Shown here: positions 1 to 9,511 of the stretch, one piece after another
Numbering within the stretch: the first letter of the stretch is position 1
How the letters are laid out: every line of letters starts with the position of its first letter
Notes under the pieces: generated by a model
Seen by the model: the letters and a program-made list of their open reading frames with translations, nothing else
Databases searched by the model: none
Told to the model about the DNA's origin: nothing
Translations under genes and position numbers: made by a program
Assembly: GCA_964602845.1 (NCBI GenBank)
Contig: CAZRSW010000004.1
Span: 13,893 to 77,892, forward strand
Origin: an uncultured Dehalococcoidia bacterium
Lineage (GTDB): Bacteria; Chloroflexota; Dehalococcoidia; Lucifugimonadales; UBA826
Length of the DNA: 64,000 nt
Direction of reading: 5' to 3'

Positions 1-854
1 GATTAGGCACCGTTGATGAAAATCAGGCTATCAACACCGTACAGTCCGCTATCGAAAGTGGTATCACATTCATCGATACCGCGGAAAGTTATGGAACCAG
101 CGAAACAATTATAGGTAAGGCCATAACGGGAAGACGGCACGAAGTTACCCTGGCTACAAAGCTTTCAGGATCTGATCATTCTGATACACATATACAGTCA
201 GCAATCAACAACAGCCTGAAATACCTCAAGACAGATTACATAGATCTATATCAACTACATAGCCCACAGCCAAAATGGCCTATTGAACATACGATGGCCT
301 CACTCATAAAACTAAAAGAACAAGGTAAAATCAGATACATTGGTGTGTCTAATTTCTCTGATCTACAGACAAAGGAAGCCATGAAACACATAGTAATTCA
401 TAGCTCCCAACCAAGATATAATATGCTATTCCCACACTTAGAAGAAAGCACCCTAGACTTCTGCAAAAAATCCGGAATTGGAGTCATTGCACACTCAGTA
501 TTGGCGAAAGGTCTTCTAGGCGGCAAGTATAGCCCGGGACATAAGTTCGCAGTGGACGATGAAAGACGTCTATTCAATTTTTTCCGTGGTCAGTTGTTCA
601 TCGACATACACGCCGTCACAACAAAGCTAAGCGAATGGGCAAAGTCACATCAACGAGATATTGTCCAATTGGCAATAGCCTGGGTGCTAGCCAACAAAGC
701 AGTTACTTCTGCTATTGTCGGAATGAAGACGATCGATCAAGTTAAGCATGTCACCAAAGCTGCCGATTGGAAACTCAGTCGTGGGGAATTGATAGAAATC
801 CATAACTTGATTGGAGGCTTGCAACCAAGCTGGATAAAAGATCCAACAGTCTAA
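1..854 (+). CDS. Aldo/keto reductase family oxidoreductase (5' end outside the window)
   Basis: The reading frame is open from nt 3 to the stop at 852-854. The translation LGTVDENQAINTVQSAIESGITFIDTAESYG...TDYIDLYQLHSPQP...GKIRYIGVSNFS...HSVLAKGLLGGKY is typical of AKR enzymes. The N-terminus lies upstream of the window. Confidence 0.85.
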   Translation, partial: LGTVDENQAINTVQSAIESGITFIDTAESYGTSETIIGKAITGRRHEVTLATKLSGSDHSDTHIQSAINNSLKYLKTDYIDLYQLHSPQPKWPIEHTMASLIKLKEQGKIRYIGVSNFSDLQTKEAMKHIVIHSSQPRYNMLFPHLEESTLDFCKKSGIGVIAHSVLAKGLLGGKYSPGHKFAVDDERRLFNFFRGQLFIDIHAVTTKLSEWAKSHQRDIVQLAIAWVLANKAVTSAIVGMKTIDQVKHVTKAADWKLSRGELIEIHNLIGGLQPSWIKDPTV

Positions 855-976
855 TCAATAAATATCTACCAGTAGTGCCTATGTAAAGATCTTGTGCTAA
901 AATTTTATCAGTCTAAAAGACTCGTTACCACAAGCTAAATTTATGATTAACAAACACAAGAAATTATTTCAGGAGA

Positions 977-1636
977 TTGAAATCGGTGGATGATCTCAAT
1001 TTAGATCTAAATAACAGAGAAATTCGAGGCAAGAAAGTGGCCAACCTCAGGAGGTCCGGTATAACTCCGGTCCACCTTTATGGGGATAAGACAAACTCAT
1101 TGTCGCTGCAGTGCGACACACAGACATTGAACAAAATAATACCGGAAGCAGGAAGAAACATCCCGATTCATGTTACATTGCCAGGAGAGGACAATGCCAG
1201 CGTTTGTTTTGTGCGAGAGGTCCAACATCATCCCGTCACCGATGAAATCATACACGTAGATTTTTTGAAAGTTAACGTGTCCTCTACAGTAAGAACAGAA
1301 GTCCCAGTGACTGTGGATGGGGTATCCCCAGCGGTTCGAAACCTAGGGGGGACATTACTGCAACCACTACAAGTTGTTACGGTTGAAGCCCTCCCAATGT
1401 CCATTCCAGCTGGGTTCACATTAAGTGCGGAATTATTGGTGGACTTTGACATCAACTTGTACGTTAAAGATATTGAGGTACCCTCTGGTGTAACCATGAT
1501 AAGTGATCCAGAAGAAATGGTAGCCACTGCAGTTCCTCCGAGAGTCGAGTCGGAGCATGAGGCTGAGGGCGTTGATCAAGGACTGCTAGCCGAAGAGACA
1601 GGGGAAGAAACGGAACTGGAAGATCAGGAAGAATAG
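977..1636 (+). CDS. rplY: 50S ribosomal protein L25 / general stress protein Ctc
   Basis: It has an L25 N-domain (RGKKVANLRRSGITPVHLYG), a Ctc-type C-terminal beta domain and an acidic tail (EETGEETELEDQEE). The TTG at 977 lies only 1 nt after AGGAG (971-975), so GTG at 986 is the more plausible start. Confidence 0.85.
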   Translation: MKSVDDLNLDLNNREIRGKKVANLRRSGITPVHLYGDKTNSLSLQCDTQTLNKIIPEAGRNIPIHVTLPGEDNASVCFVREVQHHPVTDEIIHVDFLKVNVSSTVRTEVPVTVDGVSPAVRNLGGTLLQPLQVVTVEALPMSIPAGFTLSAELLVDFDINLYVKDIEVPSGVTMISDPEEMVATAVPPRVESEHEAEGVDQGLLAEETGEETELEDQEE

Positions 1637-1689
1637 TTACTAGGTGAGTATTTTCCCATGTTTGGCAGAGTACCTGAGGTATATCGATA

Positions 1690-2367
1690 ATGTGCGGACG
1701 GTACACGCTTTTCACGGATCTGAAGAAACTGTCAGACAGATTTAATTTCTGCTCTAATACGATAAATTACCAAAAAAACTACAACGTGTTCCCAACACAG
1801 GCAGTGCTAGCAATAATCACTATGGGCGGTGAGCGTAAGGCTAAGTATATCCAGTGGGGGCTAATACCCTCCTGGGAAAATGGCTTGACAACCCACTCGG
1901 GTCTTATCAACGCACGATCAGAAACGATGCACACCAAGGTTAGTTTCAAGCACGCCCTAGCGAGTATGAGATGCCTAATATTGGCGGATGGATACTATGA
2001 GTGGAGTCAAAATGGGAAATCAAAGATACCTATGCGAATTCAATTAAGAAACGGAGACCCATTTGCATTCGCTGGCCTATGGGACAAATGGAACAAACCA
2101 GACGGTGGGAAAGTCTACACTTGTGCGGTACTAACGAAGCCTTCTAGTAACTGTCTTAAAACAATACACCACAGGATGCCAGTAATTCTTGCAAAAGAGG
2201 ATGAGCAAGCATGGCTTCACAATGACAATAAAGATATCGCCTCCTATCAACAGCTGATAGCACGATCCGAGGACACAAACTTCAGGTTTTGGGAGGTGTC
2301 AACTCTGGTAAATTCACCAAGAAACAATCACCCCGAATGTGTCTCTCCTTTATATAGGCTAACATAG
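1690..2367 (+). CDS. SOS-response-associated peptidase (SRAP/YedK/HMCES family, abasic-site DNA-protein crosslink)
   Basis: It begins MCGRY, the catalytic Cys2. Conserved NARSET, ADGYYEW, FAFAGLW and HHRMPVIL blocks are present. Confidence 0.85.
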   Translation: MCGRYTLFTDLKKLSDRFNFCSNTINYQKNYNVFPTQAVLAIITMGGERKAKYIQWGLIPSWENGLTTHSGLINARSETMHTKVSFKHALASMRCLILADGYYEWSQNGKSKIPMRIQLRNGDPFAFAGLWDKWNKPDGGKVYTCAVLTKPSSNCLKTIHHRMPVILAKEDEQAWLHNDNKDIASYQQLIARSEDTNFRFWEVSTLVNSPRNNHPECVSPLYRLT

Positions 2368-2426
2368 GAGAACGCTATCATTGTCACGACAATCCCAATA
2401 TTCATATTTAAGGTAAAAGGATATAA

Positions 2427-2780
2427 ATGATGTCTTCTGTATATTATTCAGGCAAGATCACCGTTCCCGGAGTCGATCAAGAATGTCAGATGACAACAAA
2501 GATTGACGAGAAGAACCACTCGGTGTCCCTTCAATTCGAGGAACCCATCGGTGGTAAGACGGTCTGGCACGGAATCAACATCAGTTCTTTTAAGCGTACC
2601 AAGTATCATGAAATTTCTTTCCAAACTATCGACCTGCCATTAGAATCGATAGAGCTTGTTTGGAAGTTTAATGCTTCATTTCTAGATGACAGCCTGGCAG
2701 CGGTCATTGTGCCAAAAGCCAACAAATTACGTGTGTCAGGCGAGAAAGGATTCATTCTCAACAAATCCACCTTACGGTAG
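2427..2780 (+). CDS. Hypothetical protein (117 aa, no recognisable family)
   Basis: ATG-ATG start preceded by AAAAGGA. It fills the gap between the SRAP and DUF362 genes. It looks soluble and beta-rich, with no motif I recognise. Confidence 0.5.
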   Translation: MMSSVYYSGKITVPGVDQECQMTTKIDEKNHSVSLQFEEPIGGKTVWHGINISSFKRTKYHEISFQTIDLPLESIELVWKFNASFLDDSLAAVIVPKANKLRVSGEKGFILNKSTLR

Positions 2781-2796
2781 TACGCATGTTATCTTT

Positions 2797-3879
2797 TCAA
2801 TATTCTTGAAACAACCTTCCCCAAGGAGTCGACATTGCTTCACTGATCCTTCTTCGTCCAATGAAACGCAGCCAATATTGATTGTGGTACAAGTTGGATG
2901 CCACATATGCCCAGGGTGATATAGGCGACCTTAAAAGCACATTCTCCAATGGTTTTAATGGTCCCCAGTAGATCATTTTTTGTCCGATGCTGGCGAGGGT
3001 ATTCTTCCCCCGCTCAAATCCCCAGTCTATTTCTGATATTTCCTCTCCTATAATATCTATTTTATCGATATCCGCACACCCTAATCCTACTTCGTGAGAT
3101 ATCCTGATAAAATCTATTTCCATAGGGTTAAAACCCATCATAGTTGCTACAACCGCGTCTACTGCCACCTGATCAGCACCCGCTATTATCATGTTTTTCT
3201 GATGCCACTTCATAGCTCTAGGACCAGGGCCCGATCCAACGAAAGTTCCGTCACTAACGGCAAATATAGCAGGATGAATTTGTTTCTGAATCCTAAGAAG
3301 ATCTACTAATGTTTCGTGTATAACAGAGTGTGTCCAATGCCTTTCAAAATTTAGCAACCCCCCAAAAGCATTCTTCATGGCCCCAGTAACTGTGGTGAAC
3401 ACATGGGTTTTCATGGTAGGCAAATGAATAATATTCTTGCCCTCCATAATTTGAGGAATATATATACCATCCTCGTACACTTTATCTAATACGAGCAACT
3501 CTTCATTGGGGTTGAAACGTACCCAATTCTCTTCTTCTAAATGCACCCCTGTTAAATTATGTTTTTTTTGCACAACACTATGTTTGTTATTTACCTCACC
3601 TTCTCTGGAGTCAACTACAACAGTACCATTATGAAGAGGTATCAAATCTTTATGACCGTCATTTTTCAACGTTTGTATAACACCATCAAGCTGCCAAGGT
3701 GATGTAGAACAAGCAGGATAATAATGTTGCCAAGAGGTGTTGATCTTTAAAAGTGTCGGAATATTCACTGACAAGTATTTCTGATAGTCAGCAAGCTTCA
3801 TTGCATGAGCAATACCGTCAAAGACAGTATCTGGGGAAACCTTAACAACCGATACCTTTGGCCTAATTGCCTCAGTCAT
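2797..3879 (-). CDS. DUF362 domain-containing protein
   Basis: 360 aa. The central LPTMKTHVFTTVTGAMKNAFGGL and DGTFVGSGPGP...AGADQVAVDAV blocks are characteristic of DUF362 as I remember the family. Confidence 0.7.
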   Translation of the reverse strand: MTEAIRPKVSVVKVSPDTVFDGIAHAMKLADYQKYLSVNIPTLLKINTSWQHYYPACSTSPWQLDGVIQTLKNDGHKDLIPLHNGTVVVDSREGEVNNKHSVVQKKHNLTGVHLEEENWVRFNPNEELLVLDKVYEDGIYIPQIMEGKNIIHLPTMKTHVFTTVTGAMKNAFGGLLNFERHWTHSVIHETLVDLLRIQKQIHPAIFAVSDGTFVGSGPGPRAMKWHQKNMIIAGADQVAVDAVVATMMGFNPMEIDFIRISHEVGLGCADIDKIDIIGEEISEIDWGFERGKNTLASIGQKMIYWGPLKPLENVLLRSPISPWAYVASNLYHNQYWLRFIGRRRISEAMSTPWGRLFQEY

Positions 3880-3950
3880 ACTAAAATCTCATTAACAAGA
3901 TCCACTGCGCCATGATGAATACGCCGAAAATTAGATATTCTCCCTCTCAT
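3876..3950 (-). CDS. Possible 24-codon leader ORF (MRGRISNFRRIHHGAVDLVNEILV) coupled to the DUF362 gene
   Basis: On the minus strand: TAGGAGACTA-ATG ... GTA-TGA. The TGA overlaps the DUF362 ATG as ATGA. A strong AGGAG lies 4 nt upstream of the leader ATG, whereas the DUF362 ATG has no clear SD of its own. This is purely a sequence-pattern call. Confidence 0.2.
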   Translation of the reverse strand: MRGRISNFRRIHHGAVDLVNEILV

Positions 3951-4154
3951 TAGTCTCCTACTAAACAGCTATTTGCTGAATCACATACAGGATCAGCCAT
4001 GCGAAAAACTATCCCTTCCGAGCATAAATACTTTGATATTGATAGCTGTCGACCAACAAAAATAACCCTTCATTCAAGCTGGCAATAATTCCCTTCATGG
4101 TTTTTCAGGATCATTTTTGCAGGTATTGATTTTGGACCAACGAATCACAAAGAA

Positions 4155-5741
4155 TTATGTCTCTAAAAAGTCACGTAACTTCTTTGAACGGGTCGGATGC
4201 CTGAGCTTTCTCAAGGCCTTGGCCTCTATTTGTCTTATTCTTTCCCTCGTTACTCCGAAAGCTTTCCCTACCTCTTCCAATGTACGACCTCTACCATCCT
4301 CAAGGCCGAATCGAAGCTCCAAAACACGAGCCTCCCTTTCATTAAGGGTATGTAATACATCTGTAACCTGCTCCCTAAGGAGTTGATAGGATGCAGCTTC
4401 TGCCGGGGCCAGCGCCATAGTATCAGGGATAAAATCTCCTAAATGACTATCTTCCTCTTCACCTATCGGGGTTTCTAATGACACTGGTTCCTGCGATATT
4501 TTCAGTATTTCCCTAACTTTATCCGGTGAAACCTCCATTTCTCTACCTATCTCTTCACTTGTTGGCTCCCTTCCATATTCCTGTACTAGACGCCTCGTTA
4601 CTCTCAACAACTTATTGATAGTCTCGACCATATGAACTGGAATCCTTATTGTCCTAGCCTGATCAGCGATTGCTCTCGTAATCGCCTGCCGTATCCACCA
4701 CGTGGCATAAGTACTGAACTTATATCCTTTACGATAGTCAAACTTTTCAACCGCTCTTATCAATCCAATATTGCCTTCTTGTATAAGATCTAAGAGAGAC
4801 ATACCCCGTCCAATATATTTCTTGGCCACACTGACAACCAATCTTAAATTCGCCTCGGACAGGTGTTGTTGAGCATCGTCACCCTGCCCTCGAATCTTAT
4901 CTATATGCTGCCTGAATAGTAATTCCAATGGCTCAAGCCGCACTACCAAATCATCTTGGTTTAACGTGTCCTCCAAATCAGCCAGACCAAGCGTCCCATC
5001 CAAGACTTGGAAAATATCCCAAGGTAAAAGCCTACTATTCATCGACAACTGCTTGACCCTGTCCTTAATTTCTTCGGGAGTTGGAGGTTCTTGGTCAGAC
5101 AATTCAGATAATATCGCCGATATCTGCTCGACTAGTTCATCCTGAAATACCCCGTCCAAGGCCTCTCTCACACCAGGATCGGCCATCAAGTCTGTGAGAG
5201 TGCCATCAAATGGAACCTCCTTAGATGTTAGAATCGCCTTCACGATGTCCTGATTGTCAGCCACTTTTTCTAACATATGGGTAACCATATCTCTCGCGTT
5301 AGGTGGGCTTCCGTCTTCCTTAGCCATTTCGACATCGAGTTGCTCAACATATCGCTTAGCTTCAAATTTCCGAGCTAGATCTCGTTCCTGCGGAGCCTTT
5401 AGTAGCCCCACCCTTCCTATCTCCCTCAAATACATCCTCACAGGATCATCGATAATCTCGACCGTTCCTACGTCCCTTTCCCATTCTCGAGTCGCCTTTG
5501 CCTTAGATTCTTCCAAATCGGGTGGCGCGTCAAAGTCGTCATCCAAGCTACTCACTGGCGTATTTTGACCCAATTCAACCACCACCGTACCGTCGTCTTC
5601 AGCCTCCTCTTCCGAGTCATCATCCTCATCTATGTCTATTTCGTCTACGACACGATATCCGTCTTCCTTGGACCTACTACTCCTCATAGCACCGTCTATA
5701 AGGGAAGACTCTCCTCCTAGATGCAACCCATCCGTTGTCAT
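4155..5741 (-). CDS. rpoD: RNA polymerase primary sigma factor (sigma-70)
   Basis: Acidic N-terminal region. Region 2 ([36 protein letters not shown]), region 3 and region 4.2 ([29 protein letters not shown]) are present. AAAGGAG lies 10 nt upstream of the ATG. Confidence 0.95.
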   Translation of the reverse strand: MTTDGLHLGGESSLIDGAMRSSRSKEDGYRVVDEIDIDEDDDSEEEAEDDGTVVVELGQNTPVSSLDDDFDAPPDLEESKAKATREWERDVGTVEIIDDPVRMYLREIGRVGLLKAPQERDLARKFEAKRYVEQLDVEMAKEDGSPPNARDMVTHMLEKVADNQDIVKAILTSKEVPFDGTLTDLMADPGVREALDGVFQDELVEQISAILSELSDQEPPTPEEIKDRVKQLSMNSRLLPWDIFQVLDGTLGLADLEDTLNQDDLVVRLEPLELLFRQHIDKIRGQGDDAQQHLSEANLRLVVSVAKKYIGRGMSLLDLIQEGNIGLIRAVEKFDYRKGYKFSTYATWWIRQAITRAIADQARTIRIPVHMVETINKLLRVTRRLVQEYGREPTSEEIGREMEVSPDKVREILKISQEPVSLETPIGEEEDSHLGDFIPDTMALAPAEAASYQLLREQVTDVLHTLNEREARVLELRFGLEDGRGRTLEEVGKAFGVTRERIRQIEAKALRKLRHPTRSKKLRDFLET

Positions 5742-5855
5742 AATTTGACATCTCCTTTAATACTATCTACGTGGCATTCCATATTTACTCTATTTAAGCA
5801 ATGCTTTAATACCTTATCTCTTGAGGTAACGACCCATTATATCAAATTGCATAAT

Positions 5856-7667
5856 TCACTTCTCTAATCTAGTTTTGTTGAATGTATTCATTAGTAGCTT
5901 ATCAATCCTTGATATTTCCCCCTGCAAATTATCACTTGGCATAAACTCAGACTCCCCGGATGAGATGAGCATATTCCTAGACTCAAGTAGTCTTTTTCGC
6001 TCGAGCCGTTTCAAACACTGGTCGAGATCCAATTCTTCCTCCATATCCGTCCCAACAATAGATTTGCGTTCTAAGATCTGCAACAACCTAGCTTTTAGGA
6101 AAGGTTCCAAGTTCTGCTTCAACCGCTCAATTGAAGGTGTAGAAACCCACCGGCAATACAATTCTCTGTCTTCTGTGCGATTAAAACACTCTGGATTAAC
6201 GTTATCGATCCCATGTTTAAATTCAGTGTTGCCTAAAATCAGCGCAAGCGTATATTCCTCTAGGAACCTACTTGGTTCCAAACGTTTATTAGTTTGGCCA
6301 TTCACCGGACTCTCATTTTTATTTTCAGACCACCGATATCCATTCCTATTACGATAAGACCTACTCCTCGATTCCCACATGTCCAAAGCCGCCCTTACCG
6401 TCGCCACTGAAGAATTCAGTTTATCCGATAGTTGGTGTAAATAACGATCCTTATCAAACGGATCAAGCAATCTAAAAACAGGGGCTAGGGTCTCAACTAC
6501 CTTGTTCTTACTTCCGGGTGAATCCAATTCAAATCGCTCTGAAACAGCAGAAATAAGATATTCGACAACTGGTATGGCATTTGAGATCAAATCCTTCCAA
6601 TCTCCTCCAGACCTTATAAAATCATCCGGATCCTTTCCGTGAGGCAATATAGCAATCTTGAGTTGCATCGCCTCACGAGCAAATAACCCTTCTAACTTCC
6701 GGGAATCCCCTCTATCAAAAATACGCCAAGATGTCTCTAAGCTCCGCAGGGTCGCTTCCTGACCTGCAGCATCCGAATCAAGCGCTAGAACATGAAGGTT
6801 AGATATCTTACTTAAATCCCGCACTTGCTCCGAGGTTAAAGATGTTCCCATTGATGCAACCACGTTATCAAAACCGCCCTCATGAGCAGCTATTACATCC
6901 ATGTAACCTTCAACAATAACAGTTTCACCTTTTTGCCTGATTGACTCTCTGGCAAGATTCAACCCGTACAAAGTCATACTCTTGTTAAATATTGGCGTCG
7001 TTGGAGTGTTTATATACTTAGGCATCGTTTCCTCTAACGTCCTAGCGCCAAATCCAACAACCCGACCCTGCCTATTATGAATGGGAAACATCAAGCGCCC
7101 TCTGAAAAAATCTCGGACGGTACCATCTTTTGAACGGAAAAGGACCCCGCATTCCACGGCTTTGTCCACTTCAACCCCATGGAAATCCAAATGCCTCTTT
7201 AATGACTTTCCGTCTCTGGGACTATAACCCAAGCCAAATTTCGAGATCATTTCATCGCTCAGGCCTCTCTCACTGAGGTATTCGGCAGCTATTTTTCCTT
7301 CCGTAATTCGAATAGAATCCTGAAAGAATTTTTGAGCCAGTAGAGTTATATCAAACAGACTTCCTTTATCGGACACTTTTTCTTGGGACTCAAGTTGTAT
7401 TCCAGCTGTTTCAGCAAGAACATGAAGTGCCTCAACAAATTCGATATTTTCAGCCTTCATAACAAAGCTGAAAATATCTCCTCCCATGGAACAGGCACCA
7501 TAACATCTCCACGTCTGTCGGACATCATCAACGATAAATGAAGGCGTTTTTTCTTGATGGAAAGGACAGTTCGATTTGTAATATTTTCCTGCTTTTTTAA
7601 GCGGCGCCGTATTGGAGATCAGGTCAACAATATCAATCTGGTTTTTTATCACATCCAAGTCAGTCAT
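5856..7667 (-). CDS. dnaG: DNA primase
   Basis: Zinc ribbon CPFHQEKTPSF...WRCYGAC, the RNA polymerase core, and a TOPRIM domain (VIVEGYMDVIA...LALDSDAAG). It sits directly upstream of rpoD. Confidence 0.95.
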   Translation of the reverse strand: MTDLDVIKNQIDIVDLISNTAPLKKAGKYYKSNCPFHQEKTPSFIVDDVRQTWRCYGACSMGGDIFSFVMKAENIEFVEALHVLAETAGIQLESQEKVSDKGSLFDITLLAQKFFQDSIRITEGKIAAEYLSERGLSDEMISKFGLGYSPRDGKSLKRHLDFHGVEVDKAVECGVLFRSKDGTVRDFFRGRLMFPIHNRQGRVVGFGARTLEETMPKYINTPTTPIFNKSMTLYGLNLARESIRQKGETVIVEGYMDVIAAHEGGFDNVVASMGTSLTSEQVRDLSKISNLHVLALDSDAAGQEATLRSLETSWRIFDRGDSRKLEGLFAREAMQLKIAILPHGKDPDDFIRSGGDWKDLISNAIPVVEYLISAVSERFELDSPGSKNKVVETLAPVFRLLDPFDKDRYLHQLSDKLNSSVATVRAALDMWESRSRSYRNRNGYRWSENKNESPVNGQTNKRLEPSRFLEEYTLALILGNTEFKHGIDNVNPECFNRTEDRELYCRWVSTPSIERLKQNLEPFLKARLLQILERKSIVGTDMEEELDLDQCLKRLERKRLLESRNMLISSGESEFMPSDNLQGEISRIDKLLMNTFNKTRLEK

Positions 7668-7724
7668 TCGTAATACCTAACAATTACCCTACAAGCAATA
7701 CCTCCACAACCCATCCGCCTCTAT

Positions 7725-8099
7725 TTATTTGGAATCTTCCGCGATGTTATTCCGGGTTGATAACTCATAAGCACGCTCAGCAATACGCTGAATAGGCTCA
7801 TCGACACTGTTAATATGCCACTTCATATGATCTAACTCACTTCGAATGTCTACAAGAACATCTCCCAAACGACCCCAGTCGTCTTCATCTGATTCTATGA
7901 AAGCTTTGAGATTATCTGTAAGGGTAGTATGGGCACTCCAAATGTCAGCCAAATCAGTACAGAGTCTTGATAATTCCTGATCCATTTCCTCAGGCAATCC
8001 TTTTTCTTTCAGAAGCACTAAGATTTGATGCGCCATACCAGACCTTCGCCTTGCTTCTAATAATTTTGGCTGTCGGTTAATACTATTATCCATATCCAC
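7725..8099 (-). CDS. Hypothetical small acidic protein (124 aa)
   Basis: ORF lying 57 nt upstream of dnaG and 11 nt downstream of the 91-aa ORF, on the same strand. It looks helical and acidic with no TM segment and no recognisable motif. Confidence 0.5.
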   Translation of the reverse strand: MDMDNSINRQPKLLEARRRSGMAHQILVLLKEKGLPEEMDQELSRLCTDLADIWSAHTTLTDNLKAFIESDEDDWGRLGDVLVDIRSELDHMKWHINSVDEPIQRIAERAYELSTRNNIAEDSK

Positions 8100-8110
8100 G
8101 CAGTGATCTC

Positions 8111-8386
8111 CTAGGATTGGTGGGAATCCATCACACCATAATGGGTAATATAGCTAACCCATACGTCTCTAACAGTCTCCAAAGCTTCCTTTTGAGGTTG
8201 TTCTGTCATACGGCTGATTCCTTCGAATGTCCTCTTCCAGAGATCTTCAACCTCCATTTTCCATGGACCAAACTCTAATCCGTGTGGATCTCTTTGCATA
8301 GCCTCCAAATGCTCCTCGACATAGTTAAGATTATTTAGGGTAAACCTAAATAACAAGCGATCTCTTGGGCACAACATTGATGGCAT
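8111..8386 (-). CDS. Hypothetical small protein (91 aa)
   Basis: Its ATG is 8 nt after the dgt-like stop, on the same strand as dgt and dnaG. No recognisable family. Confidence 0.45.
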   Translation of the reverse strand: MPSMLCPRDRLLFRFTLNNLNYVEEHLEAMQRDPHGLEFGPWKMEVEDLWKRTFEGISRMTEQPQKEALETVRDVWVSYITHYGVMDSHQS

Positions 8387-8394
8387 CCAAGCGA

Positions 8395-9468
8395 TTATAC
8401 CAGCCTTCCCTTCAAAGGTTCCGAAATACCTTGTGATATTGTTTCAGACAGTTCAATTGCAAAGTTGTCGGTCATGCCTGCAATATAATCGACAGCAGCA
8501 TCTTCCGTTGAATCGCACTGTTCTAGATAATCATCCGGAATTAACTCAACGTTTTCGTTAAAATACTCAAATAACAATCGGATTATTCTTCTAGCGGCTA
8601 TACCTTCAGGACCATCATTTATCGGCATATACACTCTTTGAAACATGAATTCCCTCAAAGAATTAGCCGCATCCCGAATTGGTTCGCTAACAGAAATTAC
8701 CGGGTTTACACAGTTGTAGACCAACCCAGTTGCCCCCCATGATGTTGCCACGATATCCGTTATCATTGAATCAATCCGACTAGAATGACTATCACCTAGG
8801 ACCTCACGAACATCTAACGGTACATCCGATTCCCTCAGAAGCCCCCCCCTGAAAGAGTCAAGGAGATCATGGTTTAGATATGCAATAGCGTCTGCAACAC
8901 GCAATATCTGTGCTTCCAAGCTTAATCCAGGCGGAAGTTCCTCTCCCCAAAAATCCCCTCTGGGCTTGGAATGATGCAAAATTCCTTGTCTAACTTCGAA
9001 AGTAAGATTCAATCCTTTGCCCTTTTTCTCCAAATGATCCACAATGCGCAAGCTTTGAAGATTATGCCTGAATCCTTTGGCGCATAAACTCCCAAGTTCA
9101 TTCTCCCCGATATGACCAAACGGAGGATGGCCTATATCATGTCCAAGTGCCATCGCCTCAGTTAAGTCTTCATTCAGATTAAGTGCGCGTGCGACGGTAC
9201 GAGCTATCTGGGCAACTTCTAAGGTATGCGTTAGACGAGTTACATAATGGTCACCTTTAGGGGCTATAAAGACTTGTGTCTTATGCTTGATACGACGAAA
9301 GGCTTTGCAATGGATTATACGATCCCTATCCCGTTGAAACTCTGTCCTCAAACCGGGTGGATCCTCAAAAACTTCCCTTCCTTTAGTCTCATACGACTTT
9401 GAAGCAAATGTCGATAACCGCTCTTCCCTTTCTTGCAGCATAAGCCCAACTAATCTCAAATCTGGCAT
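8395..9468 (-). CDS. dgt: dGTP triphosphohydrolase-like HD-domain phosphohydrolase
   Basis: FQRDRDRIIH, RLTHTLEVAQIAR and GHDIGHPPFGH (HD motif) are present. Its position upstream of dnaG-rpoD matches the conserved operon. Confidence 0.85.
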   Translation of the reverse strand: MPDLRLVGLMLQEREERLSTFASKSYETKGREVFEDPPGLRTEFQRDRDRIIHCKAFRRIKHKTQVFIAPKGDHYVTRLTHTLEVAQIARTVARALNLNEDLTEAMALGHDIGHPPFGHIGENELGSLCAKGFRHNLQSLRIVDHLEKKGKGLNLTFEVRQGILHHSKPRGDFWGEELPPGLSLEAQILRVADAIAYLNHDLLDSFRGGLLRESDVPLDVREVLGDSHSSRIDSMITDIVATSWGATGLVYNCVNPVISVSEPIRDAANSLREFMFQRVYMPINDGPEGIAARRIIRLLFEYFNENVELIPDDYLEQCDSTEDAAVDYIAGMTDNFAIELSETISQGISEPLKGRLV

Positions 9469-9511
9469 CCTACCACCTCACGTTAAAATACCCCGGCATC
9501 ATTCCAGGCGG

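Noticed and set aside
1333-1340. GGTTCGAA T-loop-like strings, here and at 13359-13366, as hints of tRNA genes.
   Set aside because: Both lie inside well-supported CDSs (L25, alkA) and have no flanking acceptor or anticodon stems. No tRNA gene is supported anywhere in the window.
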